Positions 25,064 to 37,682 of a stretch of 64,000 bases of DNA are shown one piece after another (position 1 is the stretch's first letter; each line of letters begins with the position of its first letter). The stretch comes from Chrysemys picta bellii (lineage: Eukaryota). The notes below the pieces were generated by a model. It ran no database searches. It was given only the letters and a program-made list of their open reading frames with translations, and was not told the origin of the DNA. Where the stretch lies: assembly GCF_011386835.1 (NCBI RefSeq), contig NC_088809.1, positions 7,874,001-7,938,000 on the forward strand. The letters run 5' to 3'. The translations under genes and the position numbers were made by a program.

Positions 25064-26468
25064 TATGTTATAATCACCAACCTGCTGGCCAAGGAGAACT
25101 GGAAGAGTCTTCCCCTCACAGTCTCTGCTGCTCCTCAGTTGGCCAAAGCCTTATTGTTTAATTACATGAGGCCCCTGCCTGCCTGGTAAAACTAAAAGCC
25201 GGGAATAAAGGCCATGTATTCCATTTAGCAAAACTGACCGTTAGTCACAAGGACTAGGCAAGGTGTTTTAAAAGATTTGTTGTTAAGCTTGAGAACATGC
25301 TACAGGTAAACTACACCTGAAAATTTAGTAAACATAACGGGAGCATACACTAGTTTACAATTAGACTGGGGTCTTGGAGAATAGTAAAACTGCAGTTCAC
25401 TTATATTATGCAATTAGGCACAATCTGAAAATTGTTGTTCGTAGAACTGTAATATGAGAAAAGCTCAACTGAAAAAAACATCAATAGACACAAAAACAAA
25501 GGCATAATTTGCAGAACATACGGGTAGTTCATCCTCCCCCACATACCTATATTCTAACTTCCTCCCCAAAGTGCAAAGACCATAATAAGTAAAATGAAAT
25601 GGTTGGGATTGTCAAGGAGACTCAGGGAGTTAGGCACCTAAATCCTATGGACTTTTACTGACTCCCTTTGAAAGCCCTCGCCAATAAATACAGCCATATG
25701 GAAAAAAAGTTATCATCTGCTGCCTGCCCAAATGTCCACAGAACTAAACCTGTTTGTTTTTCATCACCTGTCTGGCCCCCTAACTCCAATGATCTTGTTG
25801 AGTGTACCTTAAAAGGGTGGTCCTATCAATTGCAGTTAGAGAAGAACTCAAAATCTCCTTAGATAGCACAGTGCAGACAAGCACAGGCGCTCTGGGGACA
25901 CAAACAGAAGATCCTCAACCAAATTCTGCTCTGGTGTAAATCCGGAATAACTCCACTGACATTATTCTGAATTTACGCCTGTGATCGAGAGCAGAATTTG
26001 GCTCCTGGACTTGCAGACTGAGTATGAAGGAATAAGTTTGTGCACCAGGAAGGTGCACTCTGTATTCTAAAAGAGGAGCAAATACATGTACTATGGAAGG
26101 GTGAGACTGGAGGGGGGTAACAATGGGCAGTGGGCAACATTAATTGCTACGTGTTGGTGCCCTCTGATGAAAGCTGAGTCATTTCCTCACATAGTCCTGA
26201 AAGATGAAGTTCGGGTGTTTTCATTCCCCTGATGCTCTCTGGGATTCAAAATTCTTCCATGGTGCACCCTTTTTATCTGACCGCTTTAGTGCTGGAGAGT
26301 TTGTGATTCCCCCATGAATCAATCTACTTTGGAAAGGGAATGTCCTAACACCTGCAGGAGAAGATGACGCAGGTCATGAGTTAGAACCAACTAGCCGGAG
26401 GGGTAGAGAGGGCAAGGAGGGGAGAAAGCAAAGTTAATTCAAAATGTATTTATGACAATTGGCAATTA

Positions 26469-26747
<279 letters not shown>

Positions 26748-27318
26748 TCAAGATTTCAGTGCTGGTGGAATCAGAAACAGAGACGGTTGCTGCAGTGGAA
26801 TAAGAATCGAGATGAATGTTATCTTCATACATTGGAGATACCTACAAGGGTTGTGCTGTACATGGTCTGCTTCTCTCTGCAGTTCAGCAGGGTGTGCAGT
26901 AAAATCAAAGGGTTTTATCCCCCTCTCAAATACACCTGTTTTCACAGCTTTCAATGGAGTTCCTCCTAGTTTATGCCCAGAGCAGCTGGACAGATCAGGC
27001 CCTAAACACACTGGGTGAAATCCTGGATCCATTGAATTTAATGGCAAAACTCCCATTGACTTCAACAGGGCCATTGATTTCACTCACGGTACATAGCCAC
27101 TGCTTCCCTTCCCCTCTGACCTTGGTGGCGAAACACCATATCACATGGCAAAAGACCACAAAGTGTGTTAGTGCTGGGAGCAAAGAATGTTACTGTACCC
27201 AGCTGGAACTACGGAGGAGGGGGAATTCAGAGCTGCAGAACAGAGTTACTCGCATACTGCTTCTAAACATACCAGCCGAGGGGATAAAAGCCCTATCAAC
27301 CGGAGTGTACTGAAACTA

Positions 27319-27474
<156 letters not shown>

Positions 27475-27689
27475 TCAAGAAACCAAAAGGGACAACAGGC
27501 ATCAGAGGCACAGTGGACAGGTGCTGGGTGACAAAACAGCTTCTAGACAAATGAAAGTGACTTTGGCTAGGGCCAGCCATACATCCCTTCATGCATGACT
27601 AGGCCATTCACAAAAAAGATAAGCAAAATCATCTCACGGAAAGTGACCCAGTCAGTTGGGGGGAATCCACAGTTTATGTCAGTTGGGAG

Positions 27690-27805
27690 CTCTCTGGGGC
27701 AGGAACTCTCTTTTTGTTCTAGGTTTGTACAGCGCCTAGCACGAAGAGGTCCTGATCCATGACTGGGGCTCCTAGGTGCTACTGCAGTAGAAATAATTAA
27801 ATAAA
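27690..27805 (+). mobile_element. L2-clade 3' end fragment
   Basis: ggggcaggaactc...tttgtacagcgcctagcac...cctaggtgctac...aaataattaaataaa. Confidence 0.55.
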
Positions 27806-27947
27806 CCACAGCAGCAACAGTGAGAGGCTTTTCAGGAAACCTGCTTCCACTGCTCCCATCAGTCTACCAGATCCTAAATTTTGGATCCTCAAGTCACGCT
27901 GCAAAAACTCATCTTTTTTGCTCAGGCCTTTTCTGAGTAAACAGCAA

Positions 27948-28285
27948 TGTCGCCAATTCTTGAGAGTTCATTGCAATTTTCTTGGTAGTTAGTGTTTTAT
28001 TCTTAAAGCCGCAGATCTTGGAGTCATGTGATTATGGGAGAGTGAGCTTTCATTAAAAAAATAAAAAATAAAAAATAAAAAAAACACAACCAAAAACCCA
28101 ATAACTTTCTAGCCCTCATGGTTACAAAGGAAAGGTGGAAAATTCGAATCATAAAGGTTAAAAATACAGAAGGCAAAGAACAGATCCCACATGTATTATT
28201 TAAAAAAAATCATTAATTTTTAAGCCAGTTTCATCATTTTAGGGGGCCAGACTCATGATTTTTGAACGGCTGCAGCTGGCAATAC
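27948..28285. mobile_element. hAT-like MITE (family also at 62502-62780)
   Basis: tgtcgcca ... tggcaatactg termini; shared internal gagtcatgtgattatg..gagctttcat and tagccctcatggt motifs. Confidence 0.45.
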
Positions 28286-29656
28286 TGAAACAGGCTATAT
28301 GGTGGAGAAATGCTAGTTAAGTGAGTCTGGTTAGGTTTAGGCTCCAATTCAGCAAGGTACTTAAGTAAATGCCCAACTTTAAGCATGTGACTTGTCTCAT
28401 GGAGTTCAAGGGGATTGCTCATGTGCTCAAAGTTACAACACATGCTTATGTGAACGTCTTGCTGAATCGAGGTCTTGATGTTTCGGACAGCAACTCAAAT
28501 TGTTCATACATGGGTGCCTAAAATGAGGTTATTTAGGCCTGGTCTAGATGGGAGATATGTCCCAATTACAGTCATCAATATAACTGCACTACTGCAACCC
28601 CCTGGTGCAGACAAGGCCAACTGCTTGACACCACAATAAGCTTTCCCAGTGCATATTGTGGCTTTCCTTGTCTATAATGGTGAGGGTTTGCACCAGTGTC
28701 TGAAATTGGGGTCCCTGATGCAGGCAAAGATTCAGATACCTAAATAAAACCAGTCTGATTATCAGAAGTGCTGAACATCCACAAATTCCACCGACATTGA
28801 TGGGAGCTTCAGGTGCTCATCCCTTTGAAAGATCAGTCCACTTTTATTTAGATACCTCAGTGTGGATTTAGAGACACTTCGGGGTTCCAGGTGTGAAATT
28901 TTTGGTGCCGGTTTGCAAGTGTTAGGACCAAAAACTTGAACCAAAAGAAACAAGCTTGAGATCACATGACGAAGAAAGTATTCAAACCACATCATTAAAA
29001 CAACCCTCCACTGAGTTTTCCATAGCTGTGATGGTAAAAGGCAATGAAGGCTCATAAAACAATGACAAGCCCAAACTCCTGATAGGTTCAATAGCATGTG
29101 CCTCAAAAAAACCAACACACAACATTATTTTAAGCTGCAATGATTTCCTTGGCTGTTGTTAATTTGATATGGGATATTAGAGAAACATGTTTACTCACTG
29201 GAAACCACAGCCCACAGCATATTTGTGTTAAATAACTTGCAAGCACTAGCTAGCTCTGCGGAGGAGATCAAAAATAAACTGGATGACAGCTCCATACTAA
29301 TGGATGCCCATAAATGTTGGGTGCTATGCATCCTGCACTCAGTGGGGCTGGTTGAGCACTGCGTCAAGCTGGGTACAAAACTTTTACTGCTGTGCATGTT
29401 TCTGTGATGGTTAAAATCGGTTCCGTTTCAACTGTAACTTGTTAAATTTCAAACAAGCACCGTCGTGCTTTCCCCCCATGCTGCCCCTCACACTTGGGAG
29501 GAGCGGCCTGTGAACATCTGCAAAACTACCTCACTGTCCTCCTCCAAATGCTTCCAGAAAGCTCACCTTTGCTGTGATGGCTACAGAAAACTTGGTAACA
29601 GTTAGGCAGCTGGAGTGCAGAGACCACTGGCTGCCACCCTGCTGACCAATCTCATC

Positions 29657-29840
29657 TAATTGTACTTCCTCCATGTGTCTGTCTGTCTATGCACCTGCTG
29701 TCTCTCGTCTTACACGGAGACTGTAAACTCTTGGGGTCAGGGATGGTCTTTATTCCGTTTGTACAGCGCCTATCACCACATAGTTCCTCTCTGTGACTGG
29801 GGTTCCTAGCTGCTATTGCAATACAATAAAATAAATAATA
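29657..29840 (+). mobile_element. L2-clade 3' end fragment
   Basis: gactgtaaactcttggggtcagggatggtc...tttgtacagcgccta...aatacaataaaataaataata. Confidence 0.55.
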
Positions 29841-30299
29841 TGTTTGGGCTACTACTTCAGAATACTCTCCTGACTTTTAAAAGGAAAGGCTCACAATGCC
29901 TTATCGGTCATTTTGTCCGTTTGATTTTTAATGACTGATGTGTCATCTATTCTTCTGGATTATTTTTTATGATTATTCGTGATCTGTTTAGAAATGCATG
30001 TCCCAAATTTTGGGGGCATGTGAAATCTGAACATAGAGGGTTATGTGCAAAATCCAGATCTCTCTTTGCAGTGAGTCAGACCTAATGTTCGAATCGAAAG
30101 GCTTTTACTGTAGGAAGTTGTTAGGAATCTGGATTAAGATTATGTAGTTTGGGCCCACGGATATTTATTACCATTGCCACATACAGTATCTTTTTTCAAG
30201 GCTCTCATTAGGGAAGTACTTGAAGCCAGTTCCCATTGTCCTAATCTATATTATGACCAGGACTCATTTATATTTCAAAAGCCTGTGTGTGGGCCACCA

Positions 30300-30510
30300 G
30301 CCTGTCTCTCTCACCAACAGAAGCTAGTTCATTAAGAGATTTCTTATTCTTATTCTCCTGCCTCTGGAGATTTCCATTACTTGCATCTGAAGAAGTGAGG
30401 TTCTTACCCACGAAAGCTTATGCTCCCAGTACTTCTGTTAGTCTCAAAGGTGCCACAGGACCCTCTGTTGCTTCTCACTGATCTTGTCTCTCTAATACCG
30501 TGGGACCTCC
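30300..30510 (+). mobile_element. Nested Penelope-like terminal repeat fragments
   Basis: tgtctctctcaccaacagaag (30303) and cttgtctctctaatac (30483) flank an inserted block with cacgaaagcttatgctc...gttagtctcaaaggtgccacagga. Confidence 0.6.
30383..30423 (+). ncRNA. Minimal type I hammerhead ribozyme motif (Penelope-type)
   Basis: Stem I GCAT/ATGC, core CTGAAGA+A, stem II GTGAG..CCCAC with one mismatch, GAAA, palindromic AGCT stem III. Confidence 0.6.
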
Positions 30511-30574
30511 AGAGTTAAATGCATAAACTGCTACAGCTTGAACTACAGAGCCTTGTTTCCTGGGTCTGTAACTA

Positions 30575-30935
30575 GAGCTTGGCACTTTCAAAATGTTAAA
30601 AAATAAATTGGGTCAGACCAAAGCCTGAGGTTTTTTTGAAATTTTTTGGAAAACTGAAGTTGAAAAAAATTTTCATTTTGGGTCAATCAAAATATTTTGT
30701 TTAGCTATCCAACGTTCTGAACTGGTTTTGAAGGTCTTCGAAAAAAGAAGAGATTATTTTGATATAAAAAAGCCCTTTCAAACTGAAAAAAGGAAAAACA
30801 TTTCAATTTTTAAAAGATTTTCAGACAATTAGGTGAAATCGACAGGAATTCCCAAAATGTTTTGGTGTCACCAAATCTGTATTCCCCCTCCTCCCCCCAA
30901 AAAAAGAAAAAGCTTTGGCCCAAACTATTCCACTC
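30575..30935. repeat. AT-rich DNA-transposon-like interspersed repeat
   Basis: ctagagcttgg...gaaattttttggaaaaactgaag...aaaatgttttggtgtc...ccactcagctt. Confidence 0.4.
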
Positions 30936-31010
30936 AGCTTGAACGGTAACACATTCCTCCTATCCTCTGTGGCCCAGGTGCAGAGGAGGTCCAGTAACAC
31001 ACGTTGAGCA

Positions 31011-31013
<3 letters not shown>

Positions 31014-31073
<60 letters not shown>
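31014..31073. repeat. (GT)30 microsatellite in intron 5
   Basis: Uninterrupted 60-bp GT run. Confidence 0.98.
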
Positions 31074-31076
<3 letters not shown>

Positions 31077-31505
31077 AGGGGCTTGCTTGTAAAGAAACTG
31101 CTTCCCTGGTGAAACTTACAACTTTGGAGGGCTTAAGAAAAAAAAATAAATGAATGAGCATTTTATCAACACGAATGTCATCGGCAGCGAAAAACAAACA
31201 GTGATCCACCCACTGTGCTACTTTACAAGGCATTCAATCAATAAAATGAGAACGGGCCTGTGTCAGGTTTATTGGCTGGGTTCAGAACGTATACCACTAC
31301 CAATGGTCTGAGCGCTGCCTTTGACTCCTGGCAGCTGGGATTTTTTTTTACCCCGCCCCTCCCACCTCCAGCCCTACAATGCTTCATTGTTTGACGTGAG
31401 CCTTGTGTGAAACTAAAAAAAAAAAAAAAAAAGTCTTGTTTGTTTTGCCTGCTGGGCCCTCTTATCTTATCAGCTTTGGAGCTACAATAGGCCAGGTGTA
31501 CTCAC

Positions 31506-31669
31506 CATTTTACCATCAGGCGAGAGTAAATTGTGGCCTGGGTCCAACCCTGCTGGAGAAACCTGCTGTAGGACGGACTGGCTGGTGGTCACCATGGTGT
31601 TGTTGCCATGGTGACTGATTGTCGAAGAGGAAGTGACCTCATTGTTCCCCTGCTGGCTGTATCGGACTC
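31506..31669 (-). CDS. HNF1B: HNF1B exon 5 (164 nt): (G)[54 protein letters not shown]
   Basis: Acceptor ttgtttttgcag|GA, donor ATG|gtgagt. The correct frame is missing from the ORF track. Confidence 0.98.
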
Positions 31670-31725
31670 CTGCAAAAACAAGGCCAAGTGCAGTGTGTTA
31701 ACAACCCCTATCTGCCATACAGTCA

Positions 31726-32435
31726 TAGGGTTGCCAACTGTTTAATTGCACAAACCGAAACACCCTTGCCCCGCCCCTGCCCTTCTCAGAGGCCCCGCCC
31801 CTTCTCCAAGGCCCTGCCCCCTCTCACTTCATCCCTCCCCAATTGCTCTCTTTCCCCCCCCCAACTCACTTTCACCAGGCTGGGATGGAGCTGAGGGGGG
31901 TTTGGAGTGTGGGAGGGGGCTCCAGGCTGAGCCTGGGGCAGGGGATTGGGATGCACAAGGGCTGTGGGGTGCAGGAGGGGGCTGAGGCAGGGGGTTGGGG
32001 TGCAGGAGGGGGTGGAGGTACAGGAGGGGGTGGGGGTGCAGGCTCCAACCGGGCAGTGCTTACCTCGGGCAGCTCCTGGAAGCGACCAGCATATCAGCTC
32101 CTAAGATCAGGGGCGGCCAGGTGGCTCTGTGCGCTGCCCCTGCCTACAGGCACCGCCCCCGCAGCTCTCATTGGCCACGGTTCCCGGCCAATGGGAGCTG
32201 CAGAGTCGGCGCTCGGGATGGGGGCAGCGTGCAGAGCCCCCATGGCCGTCCCTGCATCTAGGAGCCAGAGGGACATGACGGTTGATTCTGGGAGCTGTAG
32301 GGAGCCTGCCTTAGCCCCTCTGCACTGCTGACCAGACTTTTAGCAGCCTATTAAAATCCCCCAGATTGGTTTCAGTAGCCTCCGGGAGATCAATTCCGGG
32401 AGACTCCCGGCCAATCCGGGAGGGTTGGCAACCTA
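31726..32435. mobile_element. hAT non-autonomous DNA transposon in intron 4 next to the exon 5 acceptor
   Basis: TIRs TAGGGTTGCCAAC and GTTGGCAACC(C)TA with one base lost; G-rich interior; TSD not clean. Confidence 0.8.
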
Positions 32436-33204
32436 GTCAAAGCATTTTCATTATATACGGCAGGTTAAAACAGCAGCAAACAATCAGTCAGCATGATATG
32501 GTGATGTTTCTGGGGAGAAAAAATGCCATTTTTCACAGCTTTTATTTAAAATAAATAATAAATAATAATAATAATAATAAAAGACACCAGGGATAAAACT
32601 CTTCCAATACCACACTGTCAGAGACATCTATACATCCGTTACCAAGGCAGTCACGATAGTTCATGATCTTGTTGCTCTGTGTCTTTGTTACTAGTCTTCC
32701 GTGTGCGCTTGCAAAAACACCAGGCTTCATTACTGGTGTTTTCTTGCAAAAACCACACGAGATGGGCTCACGTGGGATCTAGATTCCTAACACTCCAAAG
32801 CTCACGAGAAAGAGCTCTTCAGAGCTAGAAATTTGCTTTGGGCCTGTTTTATCTGAACCCACAATGTTTGAGGCAGGGGGAAAGTTGGGGGTAAGTTTTG
32901 GGTTTGCTTCATCTCTCTAATCACGGACAACAAAAGCAGTGAAAGCAAGACATTGGGAAAGGGGCTTGAAATTTTTTGCGCCTTAGTTCTGTTCAGTTGT
33001 GTCTTCTATCTCAGAGTGGTTTTGGTTTGTTTCGCACTTATTTTCTCAGCCCTGGTTTGAATCAATTTAATTTGCTTAGCATTTGCTTTTAAACCTCTCG
33101 TTTTGATGGCACAGACGTAGGAATTCTGAAGTAAAGGCAGGACTGTTTGGGCTGCTCATTCACATGCAGTTATCCATAATGCTCTTCCTTCTAGCAAACA
33201 GTTA

Positions 33205-33397
33205 AACCTCTACCTTGATATAACGCTGTCCTCGGGAGCCAAAAAAATCTCACTGCGTTATAGGTGAAACCGCATTATATTGAACTTGCTTTGATCCACC
33301 GGAGTGCGCAGCCCCCCCCCCCTTGCCGGAGCACTGCTTTACCGTGTTATATCCGAATTCACGTTATATCGGGTCGCGTTATATCAAGGTAGCGGTG
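33205..33397. mobile_element. Tc1/mariner (Tigger-like) MITE, inverted relative to 24876-25063
   Basis: TA-flanked; its reverse complement aligns by eye along the full length of the 24.9 kb copy. Confidence 0.85.
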
Positions 33398-35200
33398 TAT
33401 TTCAGAACCATGTTAAAGAGTCAGATAAAACAGGTGATGCACGGAATCCGGTGCTACGCGCTTTGCTAGCCAGAATTGGGGACTGTTTCTCCCCTGTCTT
33501 CCTAAATTCAGGTTAGCGCAAAGTTTCCAAGGTGCCCTCAGGCAGGTCTTAATTGCACCTGCAATTTGTTTTTCATAATTATTTACATGTGTAAATCAGA
33601 CAGTTGGATGTCTCGCCTCCCCTCCCCCCACAATTTGTGCATGCAAGTTCCATTTCTATGTGCAAATGCAGCATTTTGCATGCAAAAAAGCCAGCAACCA
33701 AAACGCAGAGGGCAACTGTAAACCACGTTGCTTTAAAATATATGTTGCTGTTGTTGCATCTGGATTTGCTTTTACACCACCTGTTCTTTTAGACAGGTTA
33801 CCCACTACTCTGCAGTCACGCCATCTATTGCATTAGATCAGTGACAGACAGAATGAGAGTGCTCAGAATATGTGCAGCACGGTTTAAGCCTGTCTAATTG
33901 CACTTTATGCAACATGTATTCGTTGCTGGGCTGAGAGCCATTTCAGGGCTGTAAAACCCTTGATGGAGAGCTTTTGTGCAAGGGACACCTTTCCACAGAT
34001 GTTTACAACCTTCCCTCCTCCCCCCCCAACAGTAAAAGCTAGAAAGCCAACAAGAGAGAAAGTACACAATGCGTGCTGACAGGCTGGCATGCACCCAGGA
34101 GTCAAAGGTCCTGCATTTATTTTACTGTCAGTCAAAGTTCTGTCCCCAAATGGGTTGTAAAGACAACCTCAGCGGAGAAGGCCAAAGCTAGTCAAGGACT
34201 CGCAGAGAAGCACATGGAAAAACGATGTCACCTCTGATCTAGTCCCAGCTGCTGTTTTTTAACTGCAGACTTGACGGCAGGCCTGGGGACCGACATAGGA
34301 AGAACCCCAGCACTCACTTCCCAGATTCCCCTGCACCCAGTTCTTATGTCACTAAAAATGTTTTTAATTTTAGTCCTGGTGCAAGTTGCCAGGCTGGTGA
34401 CTCAAGGCCTCTATTTATCAGCACGATGGGGAGTGGCCGAACAAGATTCATCACCTTGTTCCACCTATGACCACCCTTCTCCCTGTGGCTGCGATCTCTC
34501 AAGGCAAGAGGGCATCCCATGTCAATTCAGTTCTTGACCTTGCTATCCCCGATCCTGAGGTGAGATCTGTGCAGATGTACCCCAACACCGTCCAAGAGCA
34601 CCACTGGTTTCAATGGGGTCTGTGTGGGTGCAAAGGTTCACCCACTGGGGAGCCAGTTGCAGTGTGCCCTTCACCCTGGTATCTGGGCCTCGCTGGTGAG
34701 ACAACCCACCGACGTGCCAAAGAGAATTACTTGTGATGATGTTTTTAAATGACATGGACACTCTCCCAACCAGGATAGGAACCCCCTCCCCTCAACTAGG
34801 CTACAACTGCAAACAAGGTATCATACTCAGGAATCTGTCAGGGTTTATGACAACGTTTAAAAAATGGCTGACAATCAGGGCCAAAAATTAACTTCAGTTT
34901 TCTGGGTAAATATCAGGGTTAATATTGGAGATCAGGAGGACAGAAAAAAAGCACCAAATAAGAGAAAAATAAGAGTATGGTTTACATACATTAACAGTAC
35001 GTACACATATGTACACACATCCATGCATACATATGTATCTTCCACTACGTTTCTTTACTTTAGCAGACGGCCTTGCATTTACACTTCGACTAACTTATTA
35101 GGAACACATTTCCTAATGTTACGTATTGGATTTTCTTACTATAGTCAGTCTTTTCATCCACTTGCATGGTCTAAAATTTGGGCAAAAACCAAGAGTCTAA

Positions 35201-35445
35201 GCCGCAGCTTGAGTTGACATACCTGAGCTAGCCAGCCTGGGTCCCAGACCAGCGAAGCCATAGCAATCCATGCTTTAGCATGGGCTAGCCAGTGAGTAAT
35301 TACCCAGGGTTCTGGACGGGCCACGTTTAAGTCTGTGCTGTTACAGCTTCACCGCTCCAGGACCCAACCTAGCAACACTAAAGCTAGCTCAGGTACATCT
35401 ACTCCTGCCCCACTCAGGTCCCATGACTGCAGCATAGACATACCC
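35201..35445. mobile_element. Harbinger-like palindromic MITE, left end degenerate
   Basis: Ends gcagcatagacataccc; internal inverted tacctgagctag / ctagctcaggta. Confidence 0.5.
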
Positions 35446-36414
35446 ACAGTTTATAGCTATAGATATATCTGGACACTCCTGTCCTGTACTGGTTTGGACT
35501 GTAAGGTGAGTGAATCTGTGTCCCATGAGATGACTATTCCCCACTTCTGCCCCCCATCTCCTGATTCTCTCAGCTATCGAAAAGTCTTCCTAGCAGCCCA
35601 GCGCAGTCTGGTTCTGACTTCCTTTCCAGGCTTTTATGAATCACGTTTCTGCTCCGGACTCAGTCCTGAGACACTTATGAGTAACAGATCATGTCAGGGA
35701 AATAAAAGAATGACAGCTCCAGAGGGAAGAGGACATCTCAGCCCATCAAAGTCTACATGCACCAACGATCCAGTCTGGAGTTAGCACAATGCTTCAGTAT
35801 AAATATATTTAATCTGGCTAAAAAAATCCCCTGCATTGATAACCTGCAGTGTGTCATCGGAAGGCATCTACAGCAGATCACAAATAATTAACTGAGGAAA
35901 CCCACTGGAAACAAAAGCCGCTTTTACAAGGCCGCCTTGACAAATGCGGCATAAAAGCCATTTATTATAAACAGTCAAGCACTACATATAACAAGCAGGT
36001 TTAAGACACTCTCTTGGGAAACAGAAGTGACTGCTTGTGACAGGTACAGGACCGACAGCCCTGGAGCCTCATTGCCTCTGTCTGTCCACAGAACAGATGC
36101 ATCTCTGCTGCCCATGCTGTAATTGCCTCGCCATTGTTCCTCAGCCCTGACTGAGAGGAACAACACCTCAAAAGGGGTTCAGTCCCAGGGCCCCTTCCGT
36201 CCTTAGCCTCTATGCTGAGACCCCAGTAAGAAAGTTAGTTAGCACCAGCTGAGGTGCAGAGTCCCGTCCAGTAAGAAACTGGAGTGAGACAACCAACTCA
36301 TTCACACAGGCCACCGCAAAGCTTTGAGATGTGACAAATACTGACAACATAGCATCAGTCATTTCCAAGAATCTGACAGGTTCTTACAAACATCTTTGAA
36401 AGGCTCCAAGTTAG

Positions 36415-36900
36415 AGCTAGGTGAAATTTTTTAGCCAAACGTTTTTTTCCCCACCAAAAAAATAAAATAAAAATAAAATCCAGATTCAGGTCAAATGCAA
36501 TATTTTGCAAATTCATGTCAAATTCACCAAAATCGTCTCAGTTGATAATAACTCACCCCCCCCCCCAAATCCCAAGACATTGAAACATTTTATTTCGACA
36601 TTTTCAAGATGAAACATTTTGATTTTGCAATTTGAAAAGACCTTTTGTTTTGTAATGCACTTCAATTTCATTTAAAAAATGCTTTAAAAAGCTCAAAAAA
36701 CAAACAAAACATTTTGGTTTTTGGTCGAACAAAATGCATCATTTGCTCTGTAACTTTTTATTTATTTTTTTTAATGTTTTGTTTCACTGAAAATTTCAAA
36801 AAAATTTCATTTTGGGTTAACAGTAAATATTTTGCCCTCGATTTTTCAGAATGGCCCACAAACCAATAATAAAATAAATAATAATAACAATCAGTTATTT
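36415..36900. repeat. AT-rich DNA-transposon-like interspersed repeat
   Basis: tagagctaggtgaaatttttt...gaaacattttatttcgacattttcaag...tttgtacagctcta. Confidence 0.4.
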
Positions 36901-37584
36901 GTACAGCTCTACTCCAAGTCTCATTACCATCCTGCCCTCTCCCCTTCCCCCGCCCCCCCCCCCCGCTAACCTACCTACTATCTACCTTCTTTTCTTAAAT
37001 GACCTTGTGCCACCGCAAGGGCTGTGATTGGGAGCTATGGACGAATTGTAGGAGAGATAATTGCAGCTTTGCCAGGACATGTCACAGCATCGTATGATGG
37101 CTACACAACATCGTAAATCCTGAATCTCACAGATACTGAAGTGACAAGGAGTTGTGAAAATATCAGGCTCTTCATGTGAAAAGGACCCAAGGAAATCACC
37201 ACTGTCCTAAGCATTTAGGGCAGCTTAGTGGCAGTCCTGTGTAAATTAGAAAAATAAGATTCCCTACAGTCCACATGGAAGGCAGCTGCCCAGCTGCCAA
37301 CTCTAAAATGTTCAATTTGCAGACACATCAGGTGGCTTAAGTGCAGCTCTGGAAACCTAGTAGATTTCTTTGTGAGATTTCTGATACTCCTGCTTCCGGA
37401 CAGAACCTAGCAGTACAGATGTAGCAAAAATGAAAGATAATGGGGTGGTTGGGGATGACAAGGGAACTTATAAAAACTTCACAAGAAATTTGAAAAAGTT
37501 TGGGCAAAGTTTCACGTTGGTCATTATTTCAACCAAGGGGAGAAAAGGTCCAAGGGTCACAGTGTGGGTTAGTTCAACCACAAC

Positions 37585-37682
37585 TCAGTGGGCTTGATGC
37601 AGAAATCAGTGGGTAAAAATCTAAGAACTAAATTATCATCAATGGTTCCTTCTGGCCTTAAAAAAAAAAAAAATCTATGAAT
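37585..37682 (+). mobile_element. CR1 3' end fragment
   Basis: gggcttgatgcagaaatcagtgggtaaaaatcta...aatggttccttctggcctt(a)n tctatga. Confidence 0.55.

Noticed and set aside
30934-31233. ORF with a THTHTH repeat
   Set aside because: Translation of the (GT)30 microsatellite.
31843-32331. 162-aa Gly-rich ORF
   Set aside because: Low-complexity product of a hAT MITE interior.
37546-37559. DR2-like AGGTCC-aa-GGGTCA as the intron 4 RARE
   Set aside because: It is imperfect, adjacent to CR1 debris and has no MARE nearby; the DR5 at 47340 is the better candidate.
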